Assembly: GCA_001777575.1 (NCBI GenBank)
Contig: MFEL01000018.1
Coordinates: 8,264-72,263 of the forward strand
Length of the DNA: 64,000 nucleotides
Reading direction: 5' to 3'
Source of the DNA: Candidatus Doudnabacteria bacterium RIFCSPHIGHO2_01_FULL_46_24
GTDB taxonomy: Bacteria > Patescibacteriota > Doudnabacteria > UBA920 > O2-02-FULL-48-8
Below the pieces are notes generated by a model. It made no database searches. It was not told where the DNA came from and worked only from the letters and a program-made list of their open reading frames with translations. Position 1 is the stretch's first letter; each line of letters begins with the position of its first letter. The translations under genes were made by a program, and so were the position numbers. This document shows positions 49,603 through 61,598 of this stretch, in pieces.

Positions 49603-52556
49603 TCGCCGGTTGAATTCCAGTTTGTTCGAAGCAGGGAGTAATCCAGGCTGTTGACGATGCCGTCGCCCGTCAAGTCAGCGCCGGAATCCGCTTGGAACCA
49701 TTTCTGCGCCAATCTTGCGACGTCCAAAGCGTCTATGCGGTTGTCGTTGTTCAAATCCCCGGCTTTCAGGCTGCCAAAATCAACGGTTAACCCCGGTTCC
49801 AAATCGATCCTGACCGCGCGCGACAAGTAGCCGTCGGGTTTAATCACCGCGCGGATCGGCTGGGCCAAAAGATTTATATTCAAGGACTGCCTGCCGGTTT
49901 CAGGGGCTGACAGCTCAAATTCGCCCAGGCTGTTTCCGGATAAGTCGTAAAAAGTGATGGTCCCGGAAGCGCGATGCTGCTGCCGGCCTTGCAAAGTCAG
50001 TCTGACGGCAACCGAGTTCACGATTGGCGGCGGCGGAGGTGGAGGCGGAACAGGTGCCGGCGCTGGAGTCGGAGCCGGTGTTGGAACCGGGGACGGAGAA
50101 GGAATAGGGATGGGAACAGGCGCTGGCGAGGGTTGGGGACTGGGAACTGGCACAGGCTGTGGCGCAGGAACGGGAGCGGGAGTAGGCGTTGGTTGCGGTG
50201 TCGGCTGCGGCACGGGTGTTGGCGCGGGAATAGGAACCGGAACGGGTTGAGGTGTCGGAACCGGGAGTTGCGGAGCGTTGCCGTTAATCTGGCGGAGCGC
50301 CGCCTTGAAACTTTCATCCGGTATGAAATTTTCCGTTGCCCACGGCCAGATTTCAAAGCCAACACTGGCATCCCGGGGATTGATAGTCGGCCCCCACCAG
50401 GCAATCCCCTGTAAGCCGTTTTGCCAGGTCAGATCCGCAAAATATTGCAACTCGTCTGGGTTCGGGGAAGAATCGCCGGAGAGGACAATGCCCTGATGGA
50501 CAAACCAGGCGTCCCGTCCGGCGGCTACCTCCTTGACAATGTTCATTGAAGCAGTCATGGCGCCGGACCAGGCAGAAGTGTTGTGGTCCGGAAAGAAAAA
50601 GTAAGGATAAAAATCCATACTAAAGATGTCGGTCCAATCCCAGCCCCTGATTTTTTCCGCGCTGTCTTGAGATTCATTTTGCCAAACCAACTTGCTCGGA
50701 TAAATTTCCTTAAACAAATTATATCCTTCCTGCATACTTTGCTGATCCCAATCAGTATGACCTAAAGAAACATTTCCACTTACCTCATCAATATTATGAA
50801 TACCCAAAACCCACGGCGAATCAAAGCAAGGCCGAAGTTGATTCAAGGCCTGGCGTTTGTAATCAGCGGAATATTTTTTTTCAAAGGGAACAACAATCTG
50901 CCAAAAAAGATAAGTGTTGGCCGCCGGCGCCTCGGCGATTCTGGCTCGGCAAAACTCGTTGTAAACCTCGAGATCAAAAGCACGGGGCGTGGAATTCCAG
51001 TTGCCAAAAAGAGAGTCTACGCTGTACATCACGACTTTGGCGCCGAAATCATTCCTCAATTCTCCTAATGTTTGAGTATTGTTTCTACGAAACCACGGCC
51101 CCAGCCAAAGCACGGACATTTTTTCCGGAAGTTCATTGCGCACTTTCACGAACACCCGCTTACTGATCTGGGCCCCGCCGGGAGCCTGAGCGGTAATGTT
51201 AAACAAGGTGCTGCTCTGAACCGCCGCGCCGAAACTCGTTCTTCTGGTCACATCAATATTGCCGGGGTTGAGTGTCAGCTTGCTGTAGCCCTGGGCAGCC
51301 CAGGAAAAAGTCACGGTCTCGCCTTTAGCTATCTCTGTTCTGTCCGCAGTCAAAGATTCTATGTCCAAAGGCGGAACGCCGAATTCCGAGATCGTAACCG
51401 TCATGCCTTTCGGTAAAACCAAGCTTCGATACGAAAAATCCCCTGATCCGTCCGCGATTGCCGTAACCGCGGCACCGGTCTGCGGATTATAAAGCAGCAG
51501 GTCAGTTAGGCGGTCTGAATTGATATCAGTGGTGGACACCTGCCAGTTCGCGTCCCAGCGGCCGCGGTGATAATCAAAATCGGCCCTGGATCGGTCAAAA
51601 AGCAAGGTAAACCACGAACCGTTTTGCTTATTGTGCAAAATTAAATCAGCCGCGTTATCGGCGTTAAACTGTCCGGTTATGACAGTCCAACCGGCCGACC
51701 ATTTGCCCGAAATGGCATCAGTGGCAAACCCTTGATCCGTGGAAGTTAGCGCAAACCAATTAGAGGTATCGGACGCCGCTCCGTCCACTTCCGGATTATA
51801 AACCAAGAGATCGGAAAGTCCGTCTTGGGAAAAATCCGCGACAGTCACCTCCCAGCCCGGAGACATTTGCCCGCTTTGGCTGTAATCAAAATCGCTGCCG
51901 CCGGAATCAATGACTTTGTACCAACTGCCGGAAGCTTTGTTGTATAAAAAGAAATCCGTCAGCGAATCGCGGCTGAACCGGCCGGGAAAAATTTCCCAAC
52001 CCGGGGACCAGGCCCCTTGCTTTGGACAACTGAATTCCGACTCGCTGGTCGTAAAACATTCATACCAGGCTCCCGAGCTTTCGTTATATAAAAACAAATC
52101 GGTTTTTTGGTCGCCGTTAAGATCCTGAACATGAGATTGCCAGCCGGGGCTGAAACTGCCCCGATGATAAACAAAACCTTCGGGGGTGCCGATAACTTTG
52201 TACCAGCTGCCCTGTTCAAAACTGTAAATGTACAAATCAGCCAATCCGTCATTATTAAAATTGGCCGCCGAGACCTCCCAACCGCTGTCCCAACGACCGC
52301 TGCTGCGGCCCTGCGGCTCCGCAGATCCTGTGCCATAATTGATGAGCCAATCACCCGTTGATTTATCGTATAAAAAAATATCCAGGGCGTCTCCGAATGC
52401 CGCATTAGACGTGGTGAAGTCCACCGTGATGGCGCGCTGTCGTAAAAATTTAACCCCTAATATTGCCCCCGATCCGGCCAAAATCAAAACAATAGCGCCC
52501 AACGCCATCCGCCCTGCTGGTCCAAGTACGGCAAGCCTGCTCGATATTCTCATCAT
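49599..52556 (-). CDS. Surface protein: TM, FG-GAP-like repeats, putative glycoside-hydrolase barrel, Pro linker, dockerin
   Basis: Repeats of 'DFN.DG..DL..YN...G.W'; 'IDE', 'DIFSMDFYP'; C-terminal '[13 protein letters not shown]...[17 protein letters not shown]'. Confidence 0.78.
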   Translation of the reverse strand: MMRISSRLAVLGPAGRMALGAIVLILAGSGAILGVKFLRQRAITVDFTTSNAAFGDALDIFLYDKSTGDWLINYGTGSAEPQGRSSGRWDSGWEVSAANFNNDGLADLYIYSFEQGSWYKVIGTPEGFVYHRGSFSPGWQSHVQDLNGDQKTDLFLYNESSGAWYECFTTSESEFSCPKQGAWSPGWEIFPGRFSRDSLTDFFLYNKASGSWYKVIDSGGSDFDYSQSGQMSPGWEVTVADFSQDGLSDLLVYNPEVDGAASDTSNWFALTSTDQGFATDAISGKWSAGWTVITGQFNADNAADLILHNKQNGSWFTLLFDRSRADFDYHRGRWDANWQVSTTDINSDRLTDLLLYNPQTGAAVTAIADGSGDFSYRSLVLPKGMTVTISEFGVPPLDIESLTADRTEIAKGETVTFSWAAQGYSKLTLNPGNIDVTRRTSFGAAVQSSTLFNITAQAPGGAQISKRVFVKVRNELPEKMSVLWLGPWFRRNNTQTLGELRNDFGAKVVMYSVDSLFGNWNSTPRAFDLEVYNEFCRARIAEAPAANTYLFWQIVVPFEKKYSADYKRQALNQLRPCFDSPWVLGIHNIDEVSGNVSLGHTDWDQQSMQEGYNLFKEIYPSKLVWQNESQDSAEKIRGWDWTDIFSMDFYPYFFFPDHNTSAWSGAMTASMNIVKEVAAGRDAWFVHQGIVLSGDSSPNPDELQYFADLTWQNGLQGIAWWGPTINPRDASVGFEIWPWATENFIPDESFKAALRQINGNAPQLPVPTPQPVPVPIPAPTPVPQPTPQPTPTPAPVPAPQPVPVPSPQPSPAPVPIPIPSPSPVPTPAPTPAPAPVPPPPPPPPIVNSVAVRLTLQGRQQHRASGTITFYDLSGNSLGEFELSAPETGRQSLNINLLAQPIRAVIKPDGYLSRAVRIDLEPGLTVDFGSLKAGDLNNDNRIDALDVARLAQKWFQADSGADLTGDGIVNSLDYSLLRTNWNSTGD

Positions 52557-52578
52557 ATTTTTTTTGTTTTTTTTGGGC

Positions 52579-55500
52579 TTATTGCTTCATTCCCAACACC
52601 GGGCCGATGGGCAGAGCCAAATCATGCTCGTTGGCTGGGACGACTTGAACAAAGCTGTGGCCCCAGGAGAAGAAAACTTCAGCCGAGGGGAAGGCGTAGC
52701 GCAGATCCGCGCCTAGGAAATAAATAGTGCCGTTGGACTCTACCAGCACGCCGCGGGTATGCCGGGCATCTGATGTGAACAGTCCCTCGCCCGCGGACAA
52801 AACGCTGACGTCAGCTTCGATGACGTTGCGAAGCTTAAAACCCAAGCCCGTGAATACGGCTAAGCTTGCAAACGGCCGCTTTTTGCCGAACTCAATGATG
52901 TAGATGGTGCTGTGGTCCAAAACCAGAGTCCCATCTTTCAGCGCCAAGGTATTGACCGTAACTGTGATATTTTGCGTCACTTGCTGGCCCTGGCTGTTTT
53001 GGGCAGTAAGCGTGTAAGTTGCGGTTGCCGCAGGAGAAATATCCTTAAAACCGGTTAGTACCACGGCCCCGACCCCCTGATTCAACGACACAGATGAGGC
53101 GTTGGCCGTCTGCCAGGTCAGCCTGACTGATTCGCCCTTGTTGATCGAAACGCTTGAGGCGGTAAACTGATTAATTAACGGCTGCGGCACGGAAGTGACG
53201 ACAATCGTGACATTGGCCGAAACAGAAGTTACTGAATTAATAGCTGTCAAAGTGTACGTGGCGGTTTGGCTTGGGGTAACGATAGCCGGGCTTGTACCAT
53301 TGCCGACAATAGTGCTGCCTTGCTTCAAGGTCACAGTTGTGGCATTGGACGTATTCCAAGAAAGCGTAGACGATTGCCCGCTAGTAATCGTCGCCGGAGT
53401 TGCAATAAACGAACTGATAACCGGCGCTTGCGGCTGCGGGTTCACGGTTACCGTAACTGAGCCTGTGACCGACTCGCCGGTGGATGAGGAGGCAGTCAGG
53501 ACATATGTCGAAGTTTGGGTCGGAGAGACTACCACGGATGTACCGCTGCTCGCGATATTGGTTGAACCAAGCTTCAGGACAATATTATTGGCATTGGTCG
53601 TGGTCCAGGAAATCGTGGAGTTTTGACCGGCGGTAATACTGCTTGGATTGGCACTAAGCGAAGTGATAACCGGCTGACCAACATTAACCGTAACGGTAAC
53701 GCTTGACGAAACTTCCTTACTGCCGTTGTTGGCGGTTAAGGTATAAGTCGTGGTCTGAAAGGGACTGACATTCAGGGAATTGGATGGGGCAGTCGAGATG
53801 ATGGCACTGCCGGCTTTCAAGGTCACGGTCGTGGCATTGGAGGTAGACCAGGAAAGAGTAGTACTTTGGCCAAAATTAATGCTTGCAGGCAGGGCGGCAA
53901 AGGAGCTGATGACCGGATTGCCAGGCTGAGGCGCGCTGATGCTGAAATAATTGTCGCTCAAGTCTTCCGCAATTTTGTTACCTCCGTCATAGAGGACGAC
54001 CCGGATGCGGTAATCGGCAGCCGGCGACACTTCGATCAGGCCAGTCTTGCCGCTGTCATAATAATAAGTCTGACCCCAGCCCAAACTCCAAGTGTAGGAA
54101 GCCGCGGTAACGCTCATAGGAGAAGGCACCAAAGCGCCAAGAGTGCTGCTGCCTTTCACCAGTTCAAAATCCAGTCTGGGGTTGCTTAGGCTTGAAATGT
54201 TGGTGATACCAGCAAGAATTGAGAAGGCGGTTTGGGTGCCATCCTCGGTGGCCATGACCAACTGCTCGCCGCCGTTGGGGGAAGTCAGGGTAATGCTGGG
54301 AGTCAGAACATTATTGACGGTTATGGTGTAAGATTTGTTTCCGGAGAGTGATCCGTTACTGGCGCTTAAGGCAAACGTATAGGTTCCGGCCGTAGTCGGA
54401 GTGCCGGTGATATGACAAAAACTCGTGCCCCCGGCACAATCAGTGGTCTGAAGCCCCGGAGGAAGGCTGCCGGAAAGCGTCCAGGAAAATGCGCTGGAGT
54501 ATCCAAGCGGCACAATGCCCATGATCGTTCCGGTATAATAAGTACCCACAGTGCCGTTTGACAAACTGTCTGGCGAGAAGCTGATAACTGGTATGCTCAC
54601 GGTCATGACATTGCCTGGGCCGCCGAAATTCAGAATGGTGCCGCTGGGGTGGCCTGCGGAATAAAACTGCAAAGCAAAAGTGCTGCCCGACTGGGCCGAT
54701 TGGGCCAGGTCAACCTTTATCGCCACGGTTTTGCTGGAATCAGACGGGATGACAAGGCTGAAGTTATTAAAGTCGAGGTAGCAGGTTTTATCGTAATCTA
54801 AGAAAGTCGCCGAACCCAGCACCACTCCCGAGGTGACGTCAGTCAGTGTGGCTTTGCTAAATGCGCAAAATCCCGGTGTGCCTAGGCTAGTGTTGGTGGC
54901 CGCGCCCAAACTAGTCAGGACAAAATCGCCGCCGATTGACGACAGTTTGGTGCGCAGCACTTCCACTCCTGTCATGCCCGGTTGGATGGTTTTGGCAATC
55001 GGCGTGTCCGCAGCAAGCTTAAGGTCAAGCTGAGGGTAAGCGCTGACAATGCTAAACGGCGCGTCGGATTGGTCATAATTGCCGCCGCCATATTGCTTGA
55101 CCACTTGAATATAATAATCCGATCCTGGCGGCACCGTGCTGCCATCTCCCAACGTGCCTACAGATTGCCAAGCTAGAGACGTGTCATAAACCAACGAAGA
55201 CCCAATCCAGCCGTAGGAACTGCCGTTGGCCGCAGTTAAGTGAACTGTATATGCATCTCCGGTTTTATAATTCGAATCCTCCCAGTCAATCATCGCCGCT
55301 GACCCCTTGGTCCAAATCTCGCCGCCGTTTGGCGAGATGATTCGGATTGCCGCTGGCGGCGAGGTCAGGACAGATAATCTAAAATCACGATATGCTATTT
55401 GCGAACCGGATTTGACCTGGACGGTAAAGTTATAATTTCCAGTCGCGGTCGGCGTGCCGGCCAAAACCAGTTGGGTCTGGCAATAAAAATCATCATAGCC

Positions 55501-57132
55501 TAACCCCGAAGGGCACGCCGGATACCAGCCCAAGCCCGGCGGCAGACTGCCGCTTGTGATATTCCATTCATAATAGTAGGCGCCGCCGGTGGCTGCGATG
55601 CTGGCAGAATAAGGCGTGTTGGTGTAAGCCAGGGGCATACTTTGAGTGTAAATCTCCAGCTGAGGAACTTCGAGAATGAATATGCTCGCCGGCAGGAAAA
55701 TCCGCTGTCGCCCGCTTTCCAAGGTCAAAGTGAAGTAGAATGAGCCGGCCTGGGTGGGCTTGCCGTAAAACACGGCCGGTAATTGGTCACATTTGATGCC
55801 GGCGACCAGGTAGCAGTCGATTGAGCGCACAGCCGATGACGGGATGCTTAAATTGGCTGATGACTTTTCGCCCAGCTGCTCAAACACCGGGCAAGGCCAC
55901 TGGATACACTGGACCTGTTCATTGGCCAGATAAATTCCCGGCGGCAACTGGCCTTTGATTCCCCAGCGGTAACTTCCTGAGCCGCCGCGGGCAAACACGG
56001 CGCCTAAATACTGTTCGCCCTCATACCCTAACGGCACATAAATATCCGTGAATTCCAAATTTTCTTCCTGAATCGGAATGACCTTGACGTCCAGGCTTTG
56101 GGAAATCGGCTTTTTATCAGAGGCAAAAACCGTGAGCATAAATAAGCCGGATTCTTCCGGCGCGTACCCAACCAAGCCGGAGCCGGATTCCGTAGCATAA
56201 ATAATCTCAACCGCCGGGTCAGCTTTTTTTTGATAAGACAATTCCGAAGCCGAACCGTTGGATGACCACTTGAAGCCAACTTCATCGCCTTGGCTGATTT
56301 CCCTGGCCGTGGCCGTAAATGAATATATTTGCAATTTGTCTTCTGTCCGCAAAAAATCCGCGGTGCCGCAAAAGACGTTTTGATAAACGTCATTGCTTAA
56401 ATAAACATGGACATTGATCGGGCCGATGCCGGGATGCTTGGCTAAATCCAATTTCGCGAACCAGCCCTGCTCTTTTTCGCCGCGTTGGCCCTGGTACCAG
56501 ACAATGTCATCCTGGCCGTTCTCGGAAGACCAGGTTGGGAAAAAAACAGAAGTCGCGTCTGTGACCCCGTTGGCATAGACCAAAAACTCGCCGGAGGTCT
56601 TGGAAGTTTCCGGAGCTTCGGGTGAGGTGTTTAAGCATGACGGCCACACTGCAGGCGGCGGGCAGCTGCTGGTGTCCAAAAATTGTCGATTAGTAAATAA
56701 AGTATTGCTGCCCGTGGCCGTGTCCTGGGCATAAACCCAGATCTCGTGCGTGGCCCCGTCCTTGAGGTCATCGGGAATTCTGAAGCTAAAGCCGTGCTGT
56801 TCGCTGGCCGGCCTACCCATAAATTCATTGACATCCGGCCGCGCCATGGCCGTGACATCCGCGGCAATCAGGCGACCGATGCCTTCCGGCCCGTCGGCAA
56901 ACACGGCCACGCGCACGGCAGCTTCGGGCGTGTCAGTATCCAAAACCCAACCACTGATCGAGTCACAAGTGGCCAGCTCAAAATTGCCCTCAACGCCATT
57001 GGCCCCGCTGCTCGCTGAGCCGAAATTAAAATCTACAATCCCCTTTTGATCCAAAACGTAAACCAAGCCAACCACATTGGCCATAATCGATATGGCAAAC
57101 CCCATTGCCATAACTTTGGCAAATTTATCCAT
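52579..57132 (-). CDS. 1517-aa surface protein: TM, Bsp-like repeat, putative Ig/PKD-like repeats, shared C-terminal domain
   Basis: '[16 protein letters not shown]', 'G.LPPGL...GTPT.AGTY.F', four 'I.SF.A....I..GQS.TLSW' repeats. Confidence 0.8.
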   Translation of the reverse strand: MDKFAKVMAMGFAISIMANVVGLVYVLDQKGIVDFNFGSASSGANGVEGNFELATCDSISGWVLDTDTPEAAVRVAVFADGPEGIGRLIAADVTAMARPDVNEFMGRPASEQHGFSFRIPDDLKDGATHEIWVYAQDTATGSNTLFTNRQFLDTSSCPPPAVWPSCLNTSPEAPETSKTSGEFLVYANGVTDATSVFFPTWSSENGQDDIVWYQGQRGEKEQGWFAKLDLAKHPGIGPINVHVYLSNDVYQNVFCGTADFLRTEDKLQIYSFTATAREISQGDEVGFKWSSNGSASELSYQKKADPAVEIIYATESGSGLVGYAPEESGLFMLTVFASDKKPISQSLDVKVIPIQEENLEFTDIYVPLGYEGEQYLGAVFARGGSGSYRWGIKGQLPPGIYLANEQVQCIQWPCPVFEQLGEKSSANLSIPSSAVRSIDCYLVAGIKCDQLPAVFYGKPTQAGSFYFTLTLESGRQRIFLPASIFILEVPQLEIYTQSMPLAYTNTPYSASIAATGGAYYYEWNITSGSLPPGLGWYPACPSGLGYDDFYCQTQLVLAGTPTATGNYNFTVQVKSGSQIAYRDFRLSVLTSPPAAIRIISPNGGEIWTKGSAAMIDWEDSNYKTGDAYTVHLTAANGSSYGWIGSSLVYDTSLAWQSVGTLGDGSTVPPGSDYYIQVVKQYGGGNYDQSDAPFSIVSAYPQLDLKLAADTPIAKTIQPGMTGVEVLRTKLSSIGGDFVLTSLGAATNTSLGTPGFCAFSKATLTDVTSGVVLGSATFLDYDKTCYLDFNNFSLVIPSDSSKTVAIKVDLAQSAQSGSTFALQFYSAGHPSGTILNFGGPGNVMTVSIPVISFSPDSLSNGTVGTYYTGTIMGIVPLGYSSAFSWTLSGSLPPGLQTTDCAGGTSFCHITGTPTTAGTYTFALSASNGSLSGNKSYTITVNNVLTPSITLTSPNGGEQLVMATEDGTQTAFSILAGITNISSLSNPRLDFELVKGSSTLGALVPSPMSVTAASYTWSLGWGQTYYYDSGKTGLIEVSPAADYRIRVVLYDGGNKIAEDLSDNYFSISAPQPGNPVISSFAALPASINFGQSTTLSWSTSNATTVTLKAGSAIISTAPSNSLNVSPFQTTTYTLTANNGSKEVSSSVTVTVNVGQPVITSLSANPSSITAGQNSTISWTTTNANNIVLKLGSTNIASSGTSVVVSPTQTSTYVLTASSSTGESVTGSVTVTVNPQPQAPVISSFIATPATITSGQSSTLSWNTSNATTVTLKQGSTIVGNGTSPAIVTPSQTATYTLTAINSVTSVSANVTIVVTSVPQPLINQFTASSVSINKGESVRLTWQTANASSVSLNQGVGAVVLTGFKDISPAATATYTLTAQNSQGQQVTQNITVTVNTLALKDGTLVLDHSTIYIIEFGKKRPFASLAVFTGLGFKLRNVIEADVSVLSAGEGLFTSDARHTRGVLVESNGTIYFLGADLRYAFPSAEVFFSWGHSFVQVVPANEHDLALPIGPVLGMKQ

Positions 57133-57206
57133 ATATTAAGTTGTTTTTTGTGTTTATTTCTTAGAGAAACGACTTTTATTACATATATTATAGCACACTT
57201 TTCAAT

Positions 57207-57845
57207 TTAGGTCAAGCGAAGAATCAAAAGAAAAGCGATGACGAAGCCGACGATGGTAAACATAATACTGGTGATAAACCACAGCCTGGTATTGCGTTTA
57301 CTGACAACCACAAATTGGTGTTCGAAATCTTCGATAAAATTATCTATTTGTTTGTCGATCTCGCGCGTTTTGAAATTGGTGCGCAAATTGACGCCGTAAA
57401 GTTTTGTTAAGTCTGAGAGCGAAAGAATGCCGACCAATTTGTTCTGCCCGTCCACCACGGGGATGGGATTGACTTTCGGGTCGGCGAACAGGATCGCGGC
57501 GTTCTCGACGTAAGCTTGGGGGCTGATGGTGGTCGGGTGCGGATCCAAGACATCGGAAACTTTCATGGACAGAATTTTTTCCAAATCCTTGCGGATGGGA
57601 TGGTTGCGGTCTTTTTTGTAAAAATTAACTTCTGAAAACAAACGCAGCAAAGTTTTGAGGTGCATGTAGGAACCTTCCGCAATCATGCTCCGCTCAGTCA
57701 GCAATCCTTTGAGTCTTCCAATGTCGTCAATGACTGGCAAACCGGAAAAGCTATACTTGGTTAAAATATTAACAGCATCAATCAAGGCAGTTTCGGGATG
57801 GACCGAAACTACCTTTTGCGTCATGAGATCTTCAACTGTGGTCAT
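57207..57845 (-). CDS. CBS-pair protein with C-terminal TM
   Basis: 'VEDLMT..VVSV.PET', 'SGLPVID..G.L.G', 'IPVVD..NKLVGILS.SD'. Confidence 0.88.
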   Translation of the reverse strand: MTTVEDLMTQKVVSVHPETALIDAVNILTKYSFSGLPVIDDIGRLKGLLTERSMIAEGSYMHLKTLLRLFSEVNFYKKDRNHPIRKDLEKILSMKVSDVLDPHPTTISPQAYVENAAILFADPKVNPIPVVDGQNKLVGILSLSDLTKLYGVNLRTNFKTREIDKQIDNFIEDFEHQFVVVSKRNTRLWFITSIMFTIVGFVIAFLLILRLT

Positions 57846-57855
57846 TATTCACAAT

Positions 57856-58320
57856 TTACTCAACTGTGATCGCGCCTCGACGGGCCGGATTTAGGTGATC
57901 ATGGAATTTCCAAGTGCCTGTTTTGTCGAACGTGAATGCCCAGCTGCCACCGGCGGCGATTCCCTGTTTGGGATCAAACTCGGAATAATCAGTGTGCGTC
58001 GGATGTGGCGCGGACGCCGGCCAATGCAGTCTGTTGTCGTTGTTGACGAATTTCACGCTGTCGCCTTTATTGATGGTCAGCTCAGAAGGTGAGTAGCCAT
58101 CGGCTGTGATGGCGACTGTGACAATTTTGGGCTGAGGAGTTTGAGTAGGCGCCGGCGCTGGAGTGGGCGCCGGTGATGGAGCTGGGGTTGGGGGCGGCGC
58201 AGGAGTTACCGATTGCTCGCTGCCTGGAGTATCTTCTGCCGGGGCTTGCGGTTGCTTATTGCATGCCGCCGCCAGAAAAACTAAGGCGAACAAAGGCACA
58301 AGGATTTTTAATTTACGCAT
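57856..58320 (-). CDS. Cupredoxin-fold lipoprotein
   Basis: Lipobox 'LAAAC'; 'GYSPSELTINKGDSVKFVN', 'FTFDK.GTW.FHDHL.P...G.I.VE'. Confidence 0.85.
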   Translation of the reverse strand: MRKLKILVPLFALVFLAAACNKQPQAPAEDTPGSEQSVTPAPPPTPAPSPAPTPAPAPTQTPQPKIVTVAITADGYSPSELTINKGDSVKFVNNDNRLHWPASAPHPTHTDYSEFDPKQGIAAGGSWAFTFDKTGTWKFHDHLNPARRGAITVE

Positions 58321-58344
58321 AAATTTAGGGCTTGAGATTTTTTA

Positions 58345-59586
58345 TTATAACCCCCTCGCTTTCATGGCCTCCATGATCCTGGACACAGCCAGAATGAATG
58401 CGCCGGTGCGGAGATCCTTCAGTTTGTATTCTTCTGAAGTATTCACGACTGCGGCGGTGGCGTCAATCATATATTTTTCCAATTTCTTCAAAACTTCTTC
58501 TTTTGACCAATAATAGCCGCTGAGATTCTGCGTCCATTCCAGATAGGAAGTCGCCACACCGCCGGAATTGGCCAGCACGTCCGGCACCACCGTAATCCCG
58601 CGCCGGTTCAAGATCGGGTCTGCTTCCGCGGCAGTGGGGCCATTGGCCATCTCCACGATAATTGAGGCTTTGATTTTTTTGGCGTTGCGCGCATGAATTT
58701 GGTTTTCCAGCGCGGCGGGCACTAAAATGTCAACAGGCAATTCGAGCAATTTTTCATTGGTGACTTCCGCCGTGCCCGGATAACCCTTGAGCTGGCCCAT
58801 CTGTTTTTTCCATTCCATGACTTTCTTGACATCCATTCCTTTGGGCGAATAAATGCCGCCTTTGGAATCAGACAATCCCACAACTTTCAAGCCTGCCTTC
58901 TGGGCAAACAACGCAAAGAAGTGGCCGACATTGCCAAATCCCTGAATGGCTATGCTCTGGGATTTCTTTCGGCCTCTCCTTTTCAGGATTTCTCTCAAAA
59001 CTACCATGCCGCCAAAGCCTGTGGCTTCTTCCCGGCCTTGCGAGCCGCCCATGCTCAACGGCTTGCCCGTAATTACCGCCGGCGTAAACTTGCCGACCAG
59101 CTGGGAATATTCATCCACCATCCAGGCCATAATTTCCGGCGTGGTGTTGACGTCGGGTGCTGGCACATCCACATACTCGCCAATATTTTTATAAATCAAA
59201 TCAATGAATTTCCGGCTCAAGCGCTCCAGCTCGCCTTTGGACAATTGTTTGGGGTCAACAATAATGCCTCCTTTGCCGCCGCCATAGGGTACTCCGACCA
59301 CGGCGTTTTTGATGCTCATCCAAAACGCTAAGGCCTTGACTTCATCCATGTCCACCTGGGGATGGAAGCGCAAGCCACCTTTGTACGGGCCGCGGGCGTT
59401 GTTGTACTGCACGCGGAAACCATCAAACACTTTCTTTGCCCCATCATCCATGCGGACCGGAATACTGACATGCAGAATTCGGTCAGGCTTTTTGAGTTGA
59501 GATAAAATTTCAGGGGCTAACTTCATTTTTTCCGCAGCATGGGACAGCTGTTCCATGGCGGTTTTGAACGGATTGATTTTTAGCAT
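58345..59586 (-). CDS. gdhA: Glu/Leu/Phe/Val family dehydrogenase (glutamate dehydrogenase)
   Basis: 'GPYKGGLRFHP', 'GGGKGG', 'DVPAPDV', 'QGFGNVG', 'PDVLANSGGV'. Confidence 0.95.
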   Translation of the reverse strand: MLKINPFKTAMEQLSHAAEKMKLAPEILSQLKKPDRILHVSIPVRMDDGAKKVFDGFRVQYNNARGPYKGGLRFHPQVDMDEVKALAFWMSIKNAVVGVPYGGGKGGIIVDPKQLSKGELERLSRKFIDLIYKNIGEYVDVPAPDVNTTPEIMAWMVDEYSQLVGKFTPAVITGKPLSMGGSQGREEATGFGGMVVLREILKRRGRKKSQSIAIQGFGNVGHFFALFAQKAGLKVVGLSDSKGGIYSPKGMDVKKVMEWKKQMGQLKGYPGTAEVTNEKLLELPVDILVPAALENQIHARNAKKIKASIIVEMANGPTAAEADPILNRRGITVVPDVLANSGGVATSYLEWTQNLSGYYWSKEEVLKKLEKYMIDATAAVVNTSEEYKLKDLRTGAFILAVSRIMEAMKARGL

Positions 59587-59592
59587 AATTTT

Positions 59593-60102
59593 TTAATCCA
59601 CCCTTTCCGGCCCCTTGTCATAATAGGCCTCGATAAATTTAATCATAGCCAGTTCGTCAAACTGCGCAAAGGTCTGTAGACGCGTCCAGGCGCAAAAGGC
59701 AATCGGCGCTTCGTTGGTCTCTCTTGGCTCAATAATCACCTTGCGATACCGTTTGGTAAAATCTTGAAGCTTGTCAATCGTAGTTTGATCGACTGTCCCC
59801 GGCTTATAAGAAATCCAAATCCCGCCGTGCTCCAAGTTATGGATCAGCTGCTCGTCAGGTAGTGTCGATGAATACACGCCCCAAGCTGCCGGCTGCGGCC
59901 AGTGCCAACCCGAGGTCGGCGGGTTGGAATTATAGGCCGGATGATCGGTGGAGCCTTCAGTCAAATGCTCATTGCCCTGGTTTTCAAATGTCTGCCCAGG
60001 TAAATTCTCAGGCGCCTGCGCCTGCTTGGAAGCTTGGAACAACCAGAATCCGATGCCCAGAACTATAACAATGACGATAACGATAATAATAATATTTTTC
60101 AT
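59593..60102 (-). CDS. DUF3105 family protein
   Basis: 'YNSNPPTSG.H', 'HNLEHG..W..Y', 'AW'. Confidence 0.88.
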   Translation of the reverse strand: MKNIIIIVIVIVIVLGIGFWLFQASKQAQAPENLPGQTFENQGNEHLTEGSTDHPAYNSNPPTSGWHWPQPAAWGVYSSTLPDEQLIHNLEHGGIWISYKPGTVDQTTIDKLQDFTKRYRKVIIEPRETNEAPIAFCAWTRLQTFAQFDELAMIKFIEAYYDKGPERVD

Positions 60103-60208
60103 CCCGTTAGAAATAGTGATAGTTAATTAATAAGCTATTTTTATTATAATCATCTCGTTTTAGTATAATTTTGGCCATAAACTCAACTACGTAAAATTTC
60201 TAACGGGA
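60102..60208. mobile_element. MITE-like family C element at the DUF3105 start, TTCA direct repeats
   Basis: TTCA-TCCCGTTAGAAAT...ATTTCTAACGGGA-TTCA. Confidence 0.78.
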
Positions 60209-60289
60209 TTCATAGCTTGGGTATTATAAACTATCAACTATCAACTATCAACTATTGACTCGAAGAATCCGAAAGGCTATAATTTTTTT

Positions 60290-60484
60290 ATGAGCGAACC
60301 GATTACGAAACAAGAACTAGTCAAAACTTTGGGCGAGTTTACGGAAGAAACCCTGCTGCCGGCTCTTTCTGCCATGATGGATGAAAAATTCAAAAATTTC
60401 AGTCTCAAAAGAGATCTTAAACAAGTCATTTCCGAAACCGACGCCAAGCAAATTCTCTCGCTGGAACCGTTCCCAAAATCATAA
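60290..60484 (+). CDS. Small hypothetical protein
   Basis: 64 aa; promoter-like TTGACT...TATAAT upstream and terminator downstream. Confidence 0.55.
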   Translation: MSEPITKQELVKTLGEFTEETLLPALSAMMDEKFKNFSLKRDLKQVISETDAKQILSLEPFPKS

Positions 60485-60495
60485 AAATAAAATAA

Positions 60496-60526
60496 AAAAA
60501 CCGCCTGGCATCTCCAGGCGGTTTTT
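60496..60526. terminator. Bidirectional intrinsic terminator
   Basis: AAAAACCGCCTGG-catct-CCAGGCGGTTTTT. Confidence 0.8.
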
Positions 60527-60646
60527 AGTTCTCTTATCCCTTACTTCTTAATTCTAACTCCTTTATTCTAATTTCCTCCCGCAACTGCCGGGGAGCTTGC
60601 CCGCCGAAGGGCGTCTTTCTAATTACTTATTACTATTTACTAATTA

Positions 60647-61570
60647 CTACCCCTGGTCCATCCCCAGATATTTTTCCGCGTCCAACGCGGCCATGCAGCC
60701 CATGCCGGCCGCGGTCACGGCCTGGCGATAGCGGTGGTCGTGGACATCGCCGGCCACAAAAACTCCAGTCACGCTCGTCTTGGTCTGATCAAAAACTTTT
60801 ACAAACCCTTTTTCATCCAGATCAACCTGGCCGACAAATGCATCGGTTGCCGGCTTGTGGCCGATGGCGATAAATGCGCCGCCGATTTTTCGCTCTTCCA
60901 CTTGATTGGTTTTGACATCGCGGATTTTAACGCCGGTCAATTTATCATCGCCCAAAAATTCTTCCACAGTCTTATTGTATTCAACCGTTATCTTGGGGTT
61001 TTGTCTGGCTCTGTCCTGCATAATCTTGGAAGCGCGCAAAATTTCGGTTCGATTCAAAATATTAACTTTCAGCGCGAACTTGGTCAAATAAGTCGCCTCC
61101 TCCATGGCTGCGTCGCCGCCGCCGACCACCACGATCTCTTGGTCTTTGAAAAAAAATCCATCGCATGTTGCGCAGGCGGAAATACCGTGGCCGCGAAGTT
61201 TCTGTTCAGAAGGAATGTCCAGCCATTTATAGCTCGCTCCGGTGGCAATGATGACACAATCAGCCGAATATTGATTCTGGCCCGTATCCAAGAAAAATGG
61301 CTTTTTTTTGAAATCGACTTTGCTCACGTCTTCATAGACGATCTGCGCGCCGAACCGTTCGGCTTGCTCGATCATTTTCTGCATCAACTCCGGGCCCTGC
61401 ACCCCTTTGGGAAAGCCGGGATAGTTTTCCACTTCTGTCGTGGTCATCAGCTGCCCGCCAAAAGTCAGGCCAGCTAAAACTAAAGGCTTAAGTTCCGCTC
61501 TGGCGGCATACAGCGCGGCAGTGAGTCCCGCCGGACCGGAGCCGATTATGATTAACTTATGATGATTCAT
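60647..61570 (-). CDS. trxB: Thioredoxin-disulfide reductase
   Basis: 'IIGSGPAGLTAA', 'CATCDG', 'VGGGD.A.EEA', 'YRQAVTAAG.GC.AA'. Confidence 0.97.
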   Translation of the reverse strand: MNHHKLIIIGSGPAGLTAALYAARAELKPLVLAGLTFGGQLMTTTEVENYPGFPKGVQGPELMQKMIEQAERFGAQIVYEDVSKVDFKKKPFFLDTGQNQYSADCVIIATGASYKWLDIPSEQKLRGHGISACATCDGFFFKDQEIVVVGGGDAAMEEATYLTKFALKVNILNRTEILRASKIMQDRARQNPKITVEYNKTVEEFLGDDKLTGVKIRDVKTNQVEERKIGGAFIAIGHKPATDAFVGQVDLDEKGFVKVFDQTKTSVTGVFVAGDVHDHRYRQAVTAAGMGCMAALDAEKYLGMDQG

Positions 61571-61598
61571 ATTTAAGATTAAAGTTGAAGGTTGTAAG

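Noticed and set aside
48700-50270. Repetitive GC-rich tracts as a CRISPR array or DNA repeat element
   Set aside because: They are degenerate codons for Pro-Ala/Ser/Thr linkers; there is no constant repeat-spacer period and no cas genes.
48380-52731. Near-identical repeat pair as a DGR template/variable region
   Set aside because: Only one mismatch, both copies are coding, there is no adenine-specific pattern on the coding strand, and no reverse transcriptase is in the window.
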